64,000 nt of DNA from an uncultured delta proteobacterium (GCA_963736855.1 CAVTQK010000021.1:416001-480000); one strand, 5' to 3'. Numbered from the stretch's first letter, positions 19,733-29,183 are shown. Program-made: numbers and translations. The notes: a model not told the origin generated them from the letters alone.

Positions 19733-20395
19733 CTATTTGGATTCGCCCGTGAAGGCTTTAAGCACCGGGCCATGGTTCTCCGGCAGGGTGATCAGCACCA
19801 CCCGGTCACCCGATAGTAATTCATTGGCTCCGCGGGGAATGATCGGCTGATGGTCCCGGATAACGACCGCGACCAGGGCGTTCGTGGGGAGGTCGATGTC
19901 CTTCAAAAGCTTTCCTGCCACCGGGGAATGGGTGTCCAGTATGATCTCCGTCACGTTCACCCGGCCTTCACCGACCGGAAGGAGGTTGATGATCTGTTCG
20001 AGGGATGCCCGTTGTTCGATCAGACTGCTGACGATATGCGTGGTCGAAAAGGACGAAACACCCAGTTTGTCGAACACCTCGGCATTGTCAGGATCATTGG
20101 CCAGGGCCACGGCTCTTGGCACCCCGAATTTGAGAGATGCCAGTTGGCAGATCACCAGGTTGTCCTGGTCGTTGGGCGTGATGGCGAGCACCGCGTCCGC
20201 CCCCATGGCGCCGGCCTCCTCGAGAATTCCGGCATCGCTTCCGTCGCCGCAAACCACCACGGCGGAGAGTTGCCGGGCCAATCGGGTGCATTCCCCCCGG
20301 CTCCGGTTGATAATGACGACCTCATATCCCTTGGCGGTGAAGTTCCGGCACAGGAAAAAAAGCATCTTGCCGCCACCGACAATGAGCACTTTCAT
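19733..20395 (-). CDS. TrkA-family protein (RCK_N plus RCK_C)
   Basis: MKVLIVGGGK, GDGSD, DQDNLVICQ, C-terminal SPVAGK...IIPRG...GDRV; GGAG RBS upstream of ATG 20395. Confidence 0.9.
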   Translation of the reverse strand: MKVLIVGGGKMLFFLCRNFTAKGYEVVIINRSRGECTRLARQLSAVVVCGDGSDAGILEEAGAMGADAVLAITPNDQDNLVICQLASLKFGVPRAVALANDPDNAEVFDKLGVSSFSTTHIVSSLIEQRASLEQIINLLPVGEGRVNVTEIILDTHSPVAGKLLKDIDLPTNALVAVVIRDHQPIIPRGANELLSGDRVVLITLPENHGPVLKAFTGESK

Positions 20396-20828
20396 GGTGG
20401 CTCCTCTGTTCGGCGGCTCCTTTAGCAACAGCCAGCAGGAACATGTCTGCGGCCACGGATGTAGGACAAATGGTATCGATCCCCAATTGAGCATAGACTT
20501 CCTCCCTCTTGGGATCAAAAACCCTGGCCAGCACATGCGGGACATTGAAGATCTTCCGAGCCACCTGGGCGACCATCAGGTTGACATTATCCTCGTGCGT
20601 CGTGGCGAAAAAGACGTCGGCCTTTTTTATCTTGGCCTCTTTCAGCACCGCTATCTGCGTAGCGTCCCCTGCCACGCGAAAACCGCTGAAGTCCGGCGAC
20701 AGGTTATTGAAGGCGGCCTCATCCGTGTCGATCGCCACCACCGCATGGCCCATGCGGCTGAGTTGGTTGGCCAGATGAGAACCCAGGCGTCCGCACCCGA
20801 TGATCACGATATAGCGGTTATTCTTCAT
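20322..20828 (-). CDS. TrkA-family protein, RCK_N domain only
   Basis: IVIIGCGRLG, GDAT, DNVNLMVAQ, ICPT. The 3' end overlaps the next gene by 74 nt, so the true stop may be earlier. Confidence 0.85.
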   Translation of the reverse strand: MKNNRYIVIIGCGRLGSHLANQLSRMGHAVVAIDTDEAAFNNLSPDFSGFRVAGDATQIAVLKEAKIKKADVFFATTHEDNVNLMVAQVARKIFNVPHVLARVFDPKREEVYAQLGIDTICPTSVAADMFLLAVAKGAAEQRSHHESAHCRWRQDAFFPVPELHRQGI

Positions 20829-21543
20829 GCTGATCCTTTTCGGCGCTTACGTCCTTTGAATCTGTATCCCTTTTATCCGGTCCGAAATCGATCCTGCCGA
20901 ATTTGTTCCAGGACGTGGTCCGTTCCAGGTTCGCCCAGGCCGGCTTGAAAGTGGGATCAATATCCAGTGCCGCCCGATAAAACTTCTGTGCCTCCAGCCA
21001 GTCACCCTTGATTTCAAGCAAAACCCCAAGAAGGTTGTATGCCTCCGGCTGGGCAGGGTCCGCGGCTATGGCCTTTCGTGCAGTTTCCCGGGCCGCGGAA
21101 AAACTGCGATCCGAGATGTGGCGTTTGCTGATCTCGATCAGCGAAAGGTAATCGACCGCGTTTTCTTCATCCAGGGCCTCACGCTCCAGCACCTGAGTCG
21201 CCAATTCTCGAATTTCACTGGGGCTAAAAGGCTTCTGAATGAAATCCGCCGCTCCGAGTTTCATGGCTTCCACAGCGAATTCGATGGTTCCGTGGGCGGT
21301 GATGATGATCACCCGCGTTTTTGGCCAGTCGTTCTTGATTTGACGCAGGACCTCCATTCCGTCTATCCCTGGCATCTTCAAATCCAGGAACACCAAACCG
21401 AACGAACCCTCGCGAAGCTTTTGCAGCGCTTCTTCGCCGTTTACGGCCGTCTGGACCGAAATTTCCAGCGGCTCCAATGATTGGGACATGGTCAGACGGA
21501 TGTTATTTTCGTCGTCAACGACCAGAATCGGTTTCTTTTCCAT
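20818..21543 (-). CDS. Response regulator with C-terminal TPR, no DNA-binding domain
   Basis: VVDDE, FLDLKMP, TAHG and QKPF receiver motifs; TPR-like PEAYNLLGVLLE...AQKFYRAALDIDP. Confidence 0.88.
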   Translation of the reverse strand: MEKKPILVVDDENNIRLTMSQSLEPLEISVQTAVNGEEALQKLREGSFGLVFLDLKMPGIDGMEVLRQIKNDWPKTRVIIITAHGTIEFAVEAMKLGAADFIQKPFSPSEIRELATQVLEREALDEENAVDYLSLIEISKRHISDRSFSAARETARKAIAADPAQPEAYNLLGVLLEIKGDWLEAQKFYRAALDIDPTFKPAWANLERTTSWNKFGRIDFGPDKRDTDSKDVSAEKDQHEE

Positions 21544-21552
21544 GGGTTCCTC

Positions 21553-23386
21553 CTATTGGGCCACCGGCAGGGTGAAGGTAAAGGTGCTGCCCTTGCCTTG
21601 GGACGATTCCACCCAGATTGCACCACCATGAGCGCGCACTATTTCCTTGCAGATGGCGAGTCCCAGACCCGTGCCGCCCGCTTCTTGGCCTTTAACCTGT
21701 ACAAATTTCTGAAATATCTTGGATTGGTAATCAGAGGGAATTCCCGGCCCATCGTCACGCACGGACAAGTGGACGTGAGGCCCAATCCTTTGAGCCATGA
21801 GTTCTATATGGCCGCCCTTGCTCACATACCGTAGGGCATTCGAAATCAGGTTGCTCAATACCCATGTGATCTTGTTGGCATCAGCGCGAACTTTGGGCAA
21901 CTCGCCGGTGAAATCTGATGTAAGCGTAACTTCCTTCATGTCGATCTGGCTTTTGAAAACCGCTTTAACTTGGTCAAACAAGGTTGGGAACGAAACACTC
22001 TCGAACTCCAGCTCGATTCTACCCGCCTCGATTTTGGACAGGTCAAGCAAGTCATTGACTAGAGCCTTCATCCGGTGGACTTCCTCGTGAGCGGCTTGGA
22101 GGAGATCCCGGTCCTTTCCGGCAAGTCCAGGTGCGGCGTGTTCCAGGAGAAGATCCAGGCTCATACCCAGGCTGGTCAGCGGCGTACGTAGCTCATGAGA
22201 CGCGGCCATGACGAATTCACTCTTGAGTCGCTCCACTTCCTTCAGGCGGGTGACGTCCCGGAGCAAAAGCACGATGCCGGACAGGTTGCGATCCCTTCCT
22301 CGAATGGCCGTAACGGAAAAGAGATAGTGTCGGGACCTTTCTCCCTCCGGAAGAACGATGATCCGCTGTTCATCGGGGATATTGGATTGCACTCCCGTCT
22401 CGACGGTCTTTCGGATGAGATCGCAAACATTCGGATCAGGCAGAATGTCCATACAGAGTAATGTGGAGTTTTCATCAAATTCCAAATCCAGTAACCGGCG
22501 CGCTGATGGGTTAATGCCGGTCACCTTGAGTTGAGTATCGAAAACCACCAAGCCATCCTCGATGCTTGAAAGAATCGCCTCGCCCTTGTTCTTTTCGGAG
22601 ATGATCTGCTCGATATTCATCTCGTGATAACGACCGAGTTGGTTAGCCATTTGATTGAACTCTCCTGCCAGACGCCCCAGCTCGTCGCCGGTTTCCACGG
22701 GCACCTGGACTGCGTAGTCTCCCGATGAGATTTTTCTGGATGCCTCCATGAAACGCCGGATCGGTCGGACGATCCGCTCAGCGAGAAACAAGCTGAATAT
22801 CAGGGCTACAATCAGAGCTGATGCAGCCACGAGCACCGTTGACCAGATAGCACGTTTGGCAACGTTGCCGGCCTTAACGCTGGCAGCGTACATTGTCCCC
22901 TCGTTGAGATTGCGAAGGCCGATACACACCTCGCGCACCTTAGCGAAAAGGGGGTAAACCGTTTCCTGATAATAGGCGTGTGTGGAAAGCCGCTCTGGGA
23001 GTTTCATGCAAGTCGGTCAACTCCGAGAATTGTCGCCGATAGTTCGCATAGCCAGCCTCTATGGATTGGACAAGCTCCGCTTCGCCCTGAATTGTGATGT
23101 TGTCCTTGGCGCGGGCCAACCATTCCAGAAAGACCGCCTCGTTTTCCCGGAATTGAGCGGTTCCTTTTTTTGTGTCGCCCAGGAACATGAGCAGAATGCC
23201 GCTGTCTTGCCGTTCCAGCGCACCGACCATGTTCTCGGCGGCAAGAATGCTTCGGTAGTTTTCGCTTAAGATAGCATTAGTCGCCTTGCCCAGGGATACC
23301 AGATTCGTAACGGCCCACGCGACCACCATGCCCATGAGCGCAAAGGCTATGCCATGTCCAAGCAGGATTTTCTCTTTAAGTTTCAA
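21553..23386 (-). CDS. Sensor histidine kinase (four-helix sensor-HAMP-PAS-HisKA-HATPase), apparent +1 frameshift near 22998
   Basis: ORF 22940-23386 gives TM1 and the ILSENYRSI sensor. ORF 21553-23007 gives TM2, HAMP, PAS, SHELRTPLTS, NLISNA, DDGPG and GTGLGL. Confidence 0.88.
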
Positions 23387-23426
23387 CTATCTTCATCCTT
23401 TTGCCATCATCCCTGCATGAGGATTT

Positions 23427-23444
23427 ATGCATTTCAGATGCCAA
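23427..23444 (-). promoter_or_regulatory. Sigma54 (-24/-12) promoter for the kinase-RR-trk/ktr operon
   Basis: Minus strand TTGGCATCTGAAATGCAT fits TGGCA...GG-N10-GC-A, about 40 nt upstream of the TTG start at 23386, next to a sigma54 activator gene. Confidence 0.78.
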
Positions 23445-23517
23445 TATTGTAATTCTTTAATTTTATTGATTTAATTAATATTCAGGAGGGATAGAAACAA
23501 AAGACTTTAGATGGGAA

Positions 23518-23555
23518 CCTGCATTTTGCAGGAATGACAGCTTGCAGGTTGCAAG
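23518..23555. promoter_or_regulatory. Tandem palindromic enhancer (UAS) sites, TGCA-N3-TGCA
   Basis: CCTGCA-TTT-TGCAGG (23518-23532) and CTTGCA-GGT-TGCAAG (23541-23555), centres 23 bp apart, upstream of the sigma54 box and separated from it by an AT-rich tract. Confidence 0.68.
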
Positions 23556-23559
23556 ATCA

Positions 23560-24885
23560 TCAATCCAATTGGAATCTTTTTCTTTTACGCCACAACGTCG
23601 CCGGATCGATTCCCAGAATTTTTGCCGCTTCTTCGAGAGAATCCGCATGTAAAATCACATTTTGGATGTGATTTTTTTCCATATCGGCCAAACTTTCAAG
23701 CGCTGGAGAGGAGCCGGAGGAAGGTTTGAAATTCGCAATATTCGGCGTAAGGTCATCGATGGAAAGCGCGGTTTCACGGGCCATGATGACACCGCGTTCT
23801 ATCACGTTGATCAGCTCCCGAACATTGCCCGGCCAGGGATAGTTCTGAAGCCGTTGCAGGGCATCGGGTGAAATATGCTGCATCGCTTTGGCATTCATTC
23901 GGGCGGAGCGCTTCAGATAATATTCGGTCAGGAGCTCAATATCTTCTGGTCTCTCCCTGAGAGGCGGCAGGAAGAGTTCCAATACGTTGATTCGGAAAAA
24001 AAGATCTTCCCGGAAAGCGCCGTCACGCACGAGTTCCTCTAAATCCTTATTCGTGGCTGCGATCAAGCGCACATCGACATGCTGAGTGACGGGATCACCC
24101 AGGCGTTCGAACTCCCGGTGCTGTAAAAAACGCAAAAGCTTCCCTTGAATCGGAGGAGGTATTTCCGATACTTCGTCTAAGAAAACGGTTCCGCCTTCCG
24201 CCAGTTTGAGTTTACCCACTTTATCGCGAAGGGCACCGGTGAAGGCACCTTTGACATGCCCGAACAAATCGCTTTCCAAAAAACTTTCCTGCAGGGCTGC
24301 GCAGTCCACGGTGACAAAAGGGTACTCGGCACGTGGGCTCCAATCATGAATCAGGCGTGCCAGCAGTCCTTTTCCAGTCCCGCTTTCCCCGGATATCAGG
24401 ATGATCGCGTTGGATTCGGCTGCCTGCCGCGCAGTCTGGAGGATCCTTCTCATTTTGCGGTTACGCGTCAGAATGCCGCCTTCGGAAAAGATTCCTTTAA
24501 GCGTTGCTACTTCCGTTTCCAGCGTCTGAAAGCGTTTAAGCCTCTCCAAAACAAGATCGAGCTGACCCGGTACAAAAGGTTTAGGCAGATAATCGAAGGC
24601 GCCCATTTTGACGGCACTGACGGCGGTTTCGATGCTGGCGTAAGCCGTGATCATCAAAACATGCGATTGATTGCCGCTGGTGATGATTTCTTTTAAGATT
24701 TCCAGTCCGTCCCGGTCCGGCAGTTTCATATCCAATAATACGAGATCCGGCGTTTCATACCGAAAAATCTCCAAACCTTTGACCCCGGAAGATGCGGTGA
24801 AAACTTCAAGGCCCCGGTCTTCGAGATAGGCTTCCAAAGTGGTCAGGATGTTTCGATCATCATCAATGATCAATGCTTTTTTCAT
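23560..24885 (-). CDS. Sigma54-dependent (NtrC/AlgB-like) response regulator
   Basis: REC (IIDDD, LLDMKLP), AAA+ GESGTGKG, GAFTGA, FLDEV, WPGNVREL, Fis-type HTH AAKILGIDPATLWRK. Confidence 0.94.
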   Translation of the reverse strand: MKKALIIDDDRNILTTLEAYLEDRGLEVFTASSGVKGLEIFRYETPDLVLLDMKLPDRDGLEILKEIITSGNQSHVLMITAYASIETAVSAVKMGAFDYLPKPFVPGQLDLVLERLKRFQTLETEVATLKGIFSEGGILTRNRKMRRILQTARQAAESNAIILISGESGTGKGLLARLIHDWSPRAEYPFVTVDCAALQESFLESDLFGHVKGAFTGALRDKVGKLKLAEGGTVFLDEVSEIPPPIQGKLLRFLQHREFERLGDPVTQHVDVRLIAATNKDLEELVRDGAFREDLFFRINVLELFLPPLRERPEDIELLTEYYLKRSARMNAKAMQHISPDALQRLQNYPWPGNVRELINVIERGVIMARETALSIDDLTPNIANFKPSSGSSPALESLADMEKNHIQNVILHADSLEEAAKILGIDPATLWRKRKRFQLD

Positions 24886-26422
24886 AATCATCGTCCTCTT
24901 CGGCGGGTATCCAGAAAACGAATGTCGTGCCTTTACCGGGTGTACTTTCCACCCGGATATCACCCCTGTGCTGCTCGATGACGTCTTTGACGATAGCCAG
25001 ACCCAATCCGATGGTTCCGCTTTTTCCGCGTTCCGAGAACTGGGAAAAGCGGTCAAAAATATGCGGGAGATAGTGCGCCTCAATCCCGCTCCCCGTATCG
25101 CTGCATTTGAAATAGAACCGTGATCCGCTTTTATGAACATGAAACCGGATGTGTCCGCCGCGTTCGGTGTATCGCAGCGCGTTGCCGACTAGATTCGTGA
25201 TTACCCACGGGAAACGAAAAGAGTCGATGGTTAGCTTTGGCAAGCCTTCTGCAATTTCGATCTGAAGCTTGACCCCTTTTTGCTCCGCCTGCTTCATCAG
25301 CGGGGCTAGGCATTCCTCTATGACGATAGCGACATCGAGGGTTTCTTTGTGACGCGGCCGAGCCATGGTTTCGAGTCTGGAAATATCTACCAATTCATTT
25401 ACCAGGCTTGACAGCCTCATACACTCTTCCTGAGCTGTTTTCAGCAATTTTCCCCGCTTTTCCCCTCCAAGGTGCTCCCCTCTTTCATGGAGCAATCCGA
25501 TGCTCATTGAAAGTGATGTCATCGGAGTCTTCAGTTGGTGGGAAATATCGGCGATAAATCTTCCCTTGGCCTCCTCGATTCGGCGAACCTTTTCTTTTTC
25601 GACGGCAATGATATCGTCACGGTAACGGTCATAGAGTTCGAGGCGATTAAACAATTGATTGAATGAAGAAGTCAAAAATCCGATTTCATCTTTTGACCGC
25701 GGGTTGATTTTGGGATATACCCCGCTTCCTTCTCTGGCATCGGAAAGGCTTCGCGCTAAAGTCATCATTGGCTTGGCGATGCGATAGGACAAGAAGGAAC
25801 TCAGGATCAAAATAACTCCGATGACAACGGTGAACAGGATCACTGCATCTCTCTGGGCACGACTGGCTAAAAGTCGGGTCTGGTATACGGCGCGCTCCAT
25901 GGCCTCTTCGTTGATGTTCGCCAAATCCTCAAAACGAGATACCATGTCAGCCGTCAGTGCCAAAAATTCAGCGAAACGTGCATTTTCCCACAAGCTGACA
26001 TCCGCTTTAGACAAAACATGGATAACCTCTTCATAGCCGATATAGCCTCTGATTAAATGATCGATAACCTCCTGTTCTCCGGATTCGGTGACGTTGTCCC
26101 GACAAATCATCAAAGGATCGGATAGATTTGTCAATAGTTTGGCCGGCACCAAAGCGGGGCTTTGCTTAAGCGACATCTGTTCCAGGAGCTGATTACGAGT
26201 TCCTTCAAGCATTTTACGGGCCTGCTGGGCGGCCCGGATGGATTTGTAGTTCTTGGACAGGATCTGTTCCGCACTTTCTCCAAGGGAGATTAAATACTGA
26301 TGATTGAGCAACGCTGCAATCAAAAGGGCAAAGGTCGGCAGCAGGCTGACAACAAAGATCTTGAGCCATATCGGATACCGAACCGGTCTTTTTTCCTTTT
26401 CGAGTTCTTTTTTCTCTACCAT
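24863..26422 (-). CDS. HAMP-domain sensor histidine kinase
   Basis: Two TM helices, ILSKNYKSI sensor, HAMP, SHQLKTPMTS, NLVGNA, DTGSG, GLGL. Start at ATG 26422 or TTG 26452. Confidence 0.9.
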   Translation of the reverse strand: MVEKKELEKEKRPVRYPIWLKIFVVSLLPTFALLIAALLNHQYLISLGESAEQILSKNYKSIRAAQQARKMLEGTRNQLLEQMSLKQSPALVPAKLLTNLSDPLMICRDNVTESGEQEVIDHLIRGYIGYEEVIHVLSKADVSLWENARFAEFLALTADMVSRFEDLANINEEAMERAVYQTRLLASRAQRDAVILFTVVIGVILILSSFLSYRIAKPMMTLARSLSDAREGSGVYPKINPRSKDEIGFLTSSFNQLFNRLELYDRYRDDIIAVEKEKVRRIEEAKGRFIADISHQLKTPMTSLSMSIGLLHERGEHLGGEKRGKLLKTAQEECMRLSSLVNELVDISRLETMARPRHKETLDVAIVIEECLAPLMKQAEQKGVKLQIEIAEGLPKLTIDSFRFPWVITNLVGNALRYTERGGHIRFHVHKSGSRFYFKCSDTGSGIEAHYLPHIFDRFSQFSERGKSGTIGLGLAIVKDVIEQHRGDIRVESTPGKGTTFVFWIPAEEDDDYEKSIDH

Positions 26423-26656
26423 AACCAACGCTGTATGATCATCTTCGTTCAATCAAATTTCTTTTTCCTATCTATTCGTTACATTGCATATTTGGATAAC
26501 ACAGTTCCACAATGACATATACCTATTTACCCTCTTGCAATAAAACATTTCAACCGATAAAGATAGCGGTGATGTTAAGCGAGGGGATTCCATGCAACAC
26601 AGACCCGAAACAAGAAAGCAGAGATAGGTTTATCTTACTGAAATTTATAAAAATTA

Positions 26657-26754
26657 TGGCGGAAGTGCATGGGAATCGAACCCACCCGAGACGGTTTTAG
26701 CGCCTCACACCGGATTTGAAGTCCGGGAGCCCCACCAGTGAGCTGTGCACTTCC
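26657..26754 (-). tRNA. selC: tRNA-Sec (anticodon TCA)
   Basis: 98 nt with 8-bp acceptor stem GGAAGTGC/GCACTTCC, anticodon loop CTTCAAA, long variable arm, GGTTCGATTCC T-arm and G discriminator plus CCA. Confidence 0.96.
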
Positions 26755-26821
26755 GTGAATATCTAAATCTATACTATGTACTTCTTTTGCCTGTCAAGGA
26801 AGATGAAAAAAGGAGTTGACC

Positions 26822-27973
26822 ATGATTGATGCTGAACGTCTAAAAAAGATATTTCTTTCCTTGGTGAAAACCAGCAGCGTCAGTAAAAAAGAAGGCGCTT
26901 TTTCCCGAATGCTCCAGGGGCGTTTGGAAAACTTGGGGGCTTTCACCTGGATAGATGATGCCGGGAAAATGACGGGAAGCGATACCGGAAACCTCATCGC
27001 AAAGTTCTCCGGAAATCGAAGCGTGCCGCCTTTGCTCTTGAGCGCCCATATGGATACGGTTCAACCGGGAGAGGATATTCATCCCGTTTATGAAGATGGT
27101 GTTTTCAAAAGCAATGGAAGGACCATCCTGGGAGCCGACGACAAGAGTGCCATCGCCATCATCCTGGAATCAATCCGCGTAATCCAGGAAAACGGGCTTC
27201 CCTGCGGTCCGCTGGATTTGGTCTTCACCGTATGCGAGGAAGATGCCCTTGCCGGCTCAAAATGTCTCGATCTTGACCGCATCTCTGCCAAGTGCGGGTA
27301 TGTTCTGGATGCCACCGATACTGAAGGTATCGTCACACGTGCACCTGCAGCCAACCGCCTGACCTTCGATGTTTTTGGGAAGGAAGCTCATGCCGGAGCG
27401 GCGCCGGAGAAGGGGATCAATGCGATTCATCTCGCCTGCCGGGCGATAGCATCTTTGGAGCTAGGGCGGATCGATCGTGAAACAACCTGTAACATCGGTG
27501 TAATTCATGGAGGATTCGCTACCAATATTGTTCCGAATCGGGTTACGGTCATCGGTGAGGCCCGCAGCCATGACGAAGCCAAGCTGGAACGAGTGACCGA
27601 GACCATCGTTGAGGCATTCAGGGAGTCTGTGGAACATCATGTCGGTCCGGCATCCGGGAACGGCCTTCCCCGGTTGGAAAGCCGAGTGGAACGATCTTTT
27701 TCCAGAACATGCGTCCCGGAAGATCACCCGGTAGTTTTACTGGCCCGGAACGCTGCCTCAGCGATGGGTCGAAAAATGGTTTGCAAGTCCTCCGGCGGGG
27801 GGTCGGATGCCAACATCTTTTTCGAAAAAGGGATCGTGACCGGAGTCCTTGGTTCCGGGATGCGGGATATGCACACGGTCTTGGAATGGATCCGTTTAGA
27901 TGACATGGTCCGCACGTCCGAACTTCTGGTGAAAATACTCACCCTCCATGCCAACACGACGTTCAGTTCCTGA
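26822..27973 (+). CDS. M20 family metallopeptidase (peptidase T-like)
   Basis: AHMDTV, LGADDKS, TVCEE, AHAG, GGGSDAN and MHT motifs; GGAG RBS before ATG 26822. Confidence 0.9.
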   Translation: MIDAERLKKIFLSLVKTSSVSKKEGAFSRMLQGRLENLGAFTWIDDAGKMTGSDTGNLIAKFSGNRSVPPLLLSAHMDTVQPGEDIHPVYEDGVFKSNGRTILGADDKSAIAIILESIRVIQENGLPCGPLDLVFTVCEEDALAGSKCLDLDRISAKCGYVLDATDTEGIVTRAPAANRLTFDVFGKEAHAGAAPEKGINAIHLACRAIASLELGRIDRETTCNIGVIHGGFATNIVPNRVTVIGEARSHDEAKLERVTETIVEAFRESVEHHVGPASGNGLPRLESRVERSFSRTCVPEDHPVVLLARNAASAMGRKMVCKSSGGGSDANIFFEKGIVTGVLGSGMRDMHTVLEWIRLDDMVRTSELLVKILTLHANTTFSS

Positions 27974-27989
27974 TAGAGAGGTCCCGGCC

Positions 27990-29183
27990 TTGTTCGCCTA
28001 TCTCAACTGCTTTTCCGGCCTGAGCGGAGACATGATGCTGGGAGCGCTCATCGATCTGGGCGTTCCCGTGGGATGGCTCGACGATCAGTTGAAAAGCTTT
28101 TCAATTTCCGGGTTTACCTTGCACACAAGCCCGACTTTTCGTCATGGGATTCGGGCGGTCAAGCTCGATGTGGAAGTACACGACAATTCATCGATTCGGC
28201 GCTTTGCCGATATCCGCGCCCTCATCGACCGAAGCCCGATGTCTCCGGGCGTCAAGGCATCGAGTCTCAAAATTTTCGATCGAATCGCCGACGCTGAATC
28301 AGTCCTCCATGGTTGTCCCAAAGAGCAGTTGCATTTCCATGAGATCGGATCCGTTGATTCACTGGTGGATGTGGTGGGAACGTGCCTGGGACTGGAATAC
28401 CTCGGGGTTCAAGAAATCTCCGCCTCCCGAATCCCTCTCGGAAACGGTTGGGTCGACTGCGCCCACGGAAGGCTTCCCTTACCGGCGCCTGCCACTCTTG
28501 AAATACTTACGGGTGTGCCGATCTATCAAACGGACATCCCCTATGAACTGACGACACCCACGGGAGCTGCGATCCTTGTCTCCCTTTCAGATCATTTCGG
28601 TCCGATGCCGGAGATGACCGTGGATAAGATTGGGTACGGCGCCGGAACACGGGATCTGGAAGCGGTTCCAAACCTTTTGAGGGTGGCTCTGGGCCGACGA
28701 TCATCTCCGGTGCAACGGATCGAAGACCGGGTCATTGTGGCCGAATGCACCATCGACGACATGAATCCGGAGCTCTTCGGGCACCTCATGGAACGGCTGT
28801 TCCAGGATGGTGCTCTGGACGTCTACTGGATTCCGGTATTTATGAAAAAGAATCGACCCGGTACATGGGTTCAGGTTCTCTGCCGGGAGGACCGGCGGGA
28901 AGCGGTCTTGGAACGCATTCTGACGGAAACCACATCCATCGGGGTTCGATATTCAGAGGTCCGGCGGTGGACTCTGCCTCGGGAGCCTGTCATCATCGAA
29001 ACGGAATTCGGATCTCTTTTGGCCAAGCGGATCAGGTCGTTGAATGGAAAATGGCGCGTTGTACCGGAATATGACGCCTGTCGGAAAATCGCTGCGGAAA
29101 GAGGCATTCCTTTGCACATCGTCTATGAGGCGGTGTCGGCGGCCGGGAGACGACTGACGGATCCGGATTCGGTCAACCCATAA
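27990..29183 (+). CDS. larC: Nickel pincer cofactor biosynthesis protein LarC (Ni insertase)
   Basis: CFSGLSGDMMLGAL, HFHEIG, PAPAT, ELTTPTGAA, GYGAG, MKKNRPG, ETTSIGVR and PEYD motifs. Start TTG 27990 is inferred. Confidence 0.9.
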   Translation: MFAYLNCFSGLSGDMMLGALIDLGVPVGWLDDQLKSFSISGFTLHTSPTFRHGIRAVKLDVEVHDNSSIRRFADIRALIDRSPMSPGVKASSLKIFDRIADAESVLHGCPKEQLHFHEIGSVDSLVDVVGTCLGLEYLGVQEISASRIPLGNGWVDCAHGRLPLPAPATLEILTGVPIYQTDIPYELTTPTGAAILVSLSDHFGPMPEMTVDKIGYGAGTRDLEAVPNLLRVALGRRSSPVQRIEDRVIVAECTIDDMNPELFGHLMERLFQDGALDVYWIPVFMKKNRPGTWVQVLCREDRREAVLERILTETTSIGVRYSEVRRWTLPREPVIIETEFGSLLAKRIRSLNGKWRVVPEYDACRKIAAERGIPLHIVYEAVSAAGRRLTDPDSVNP

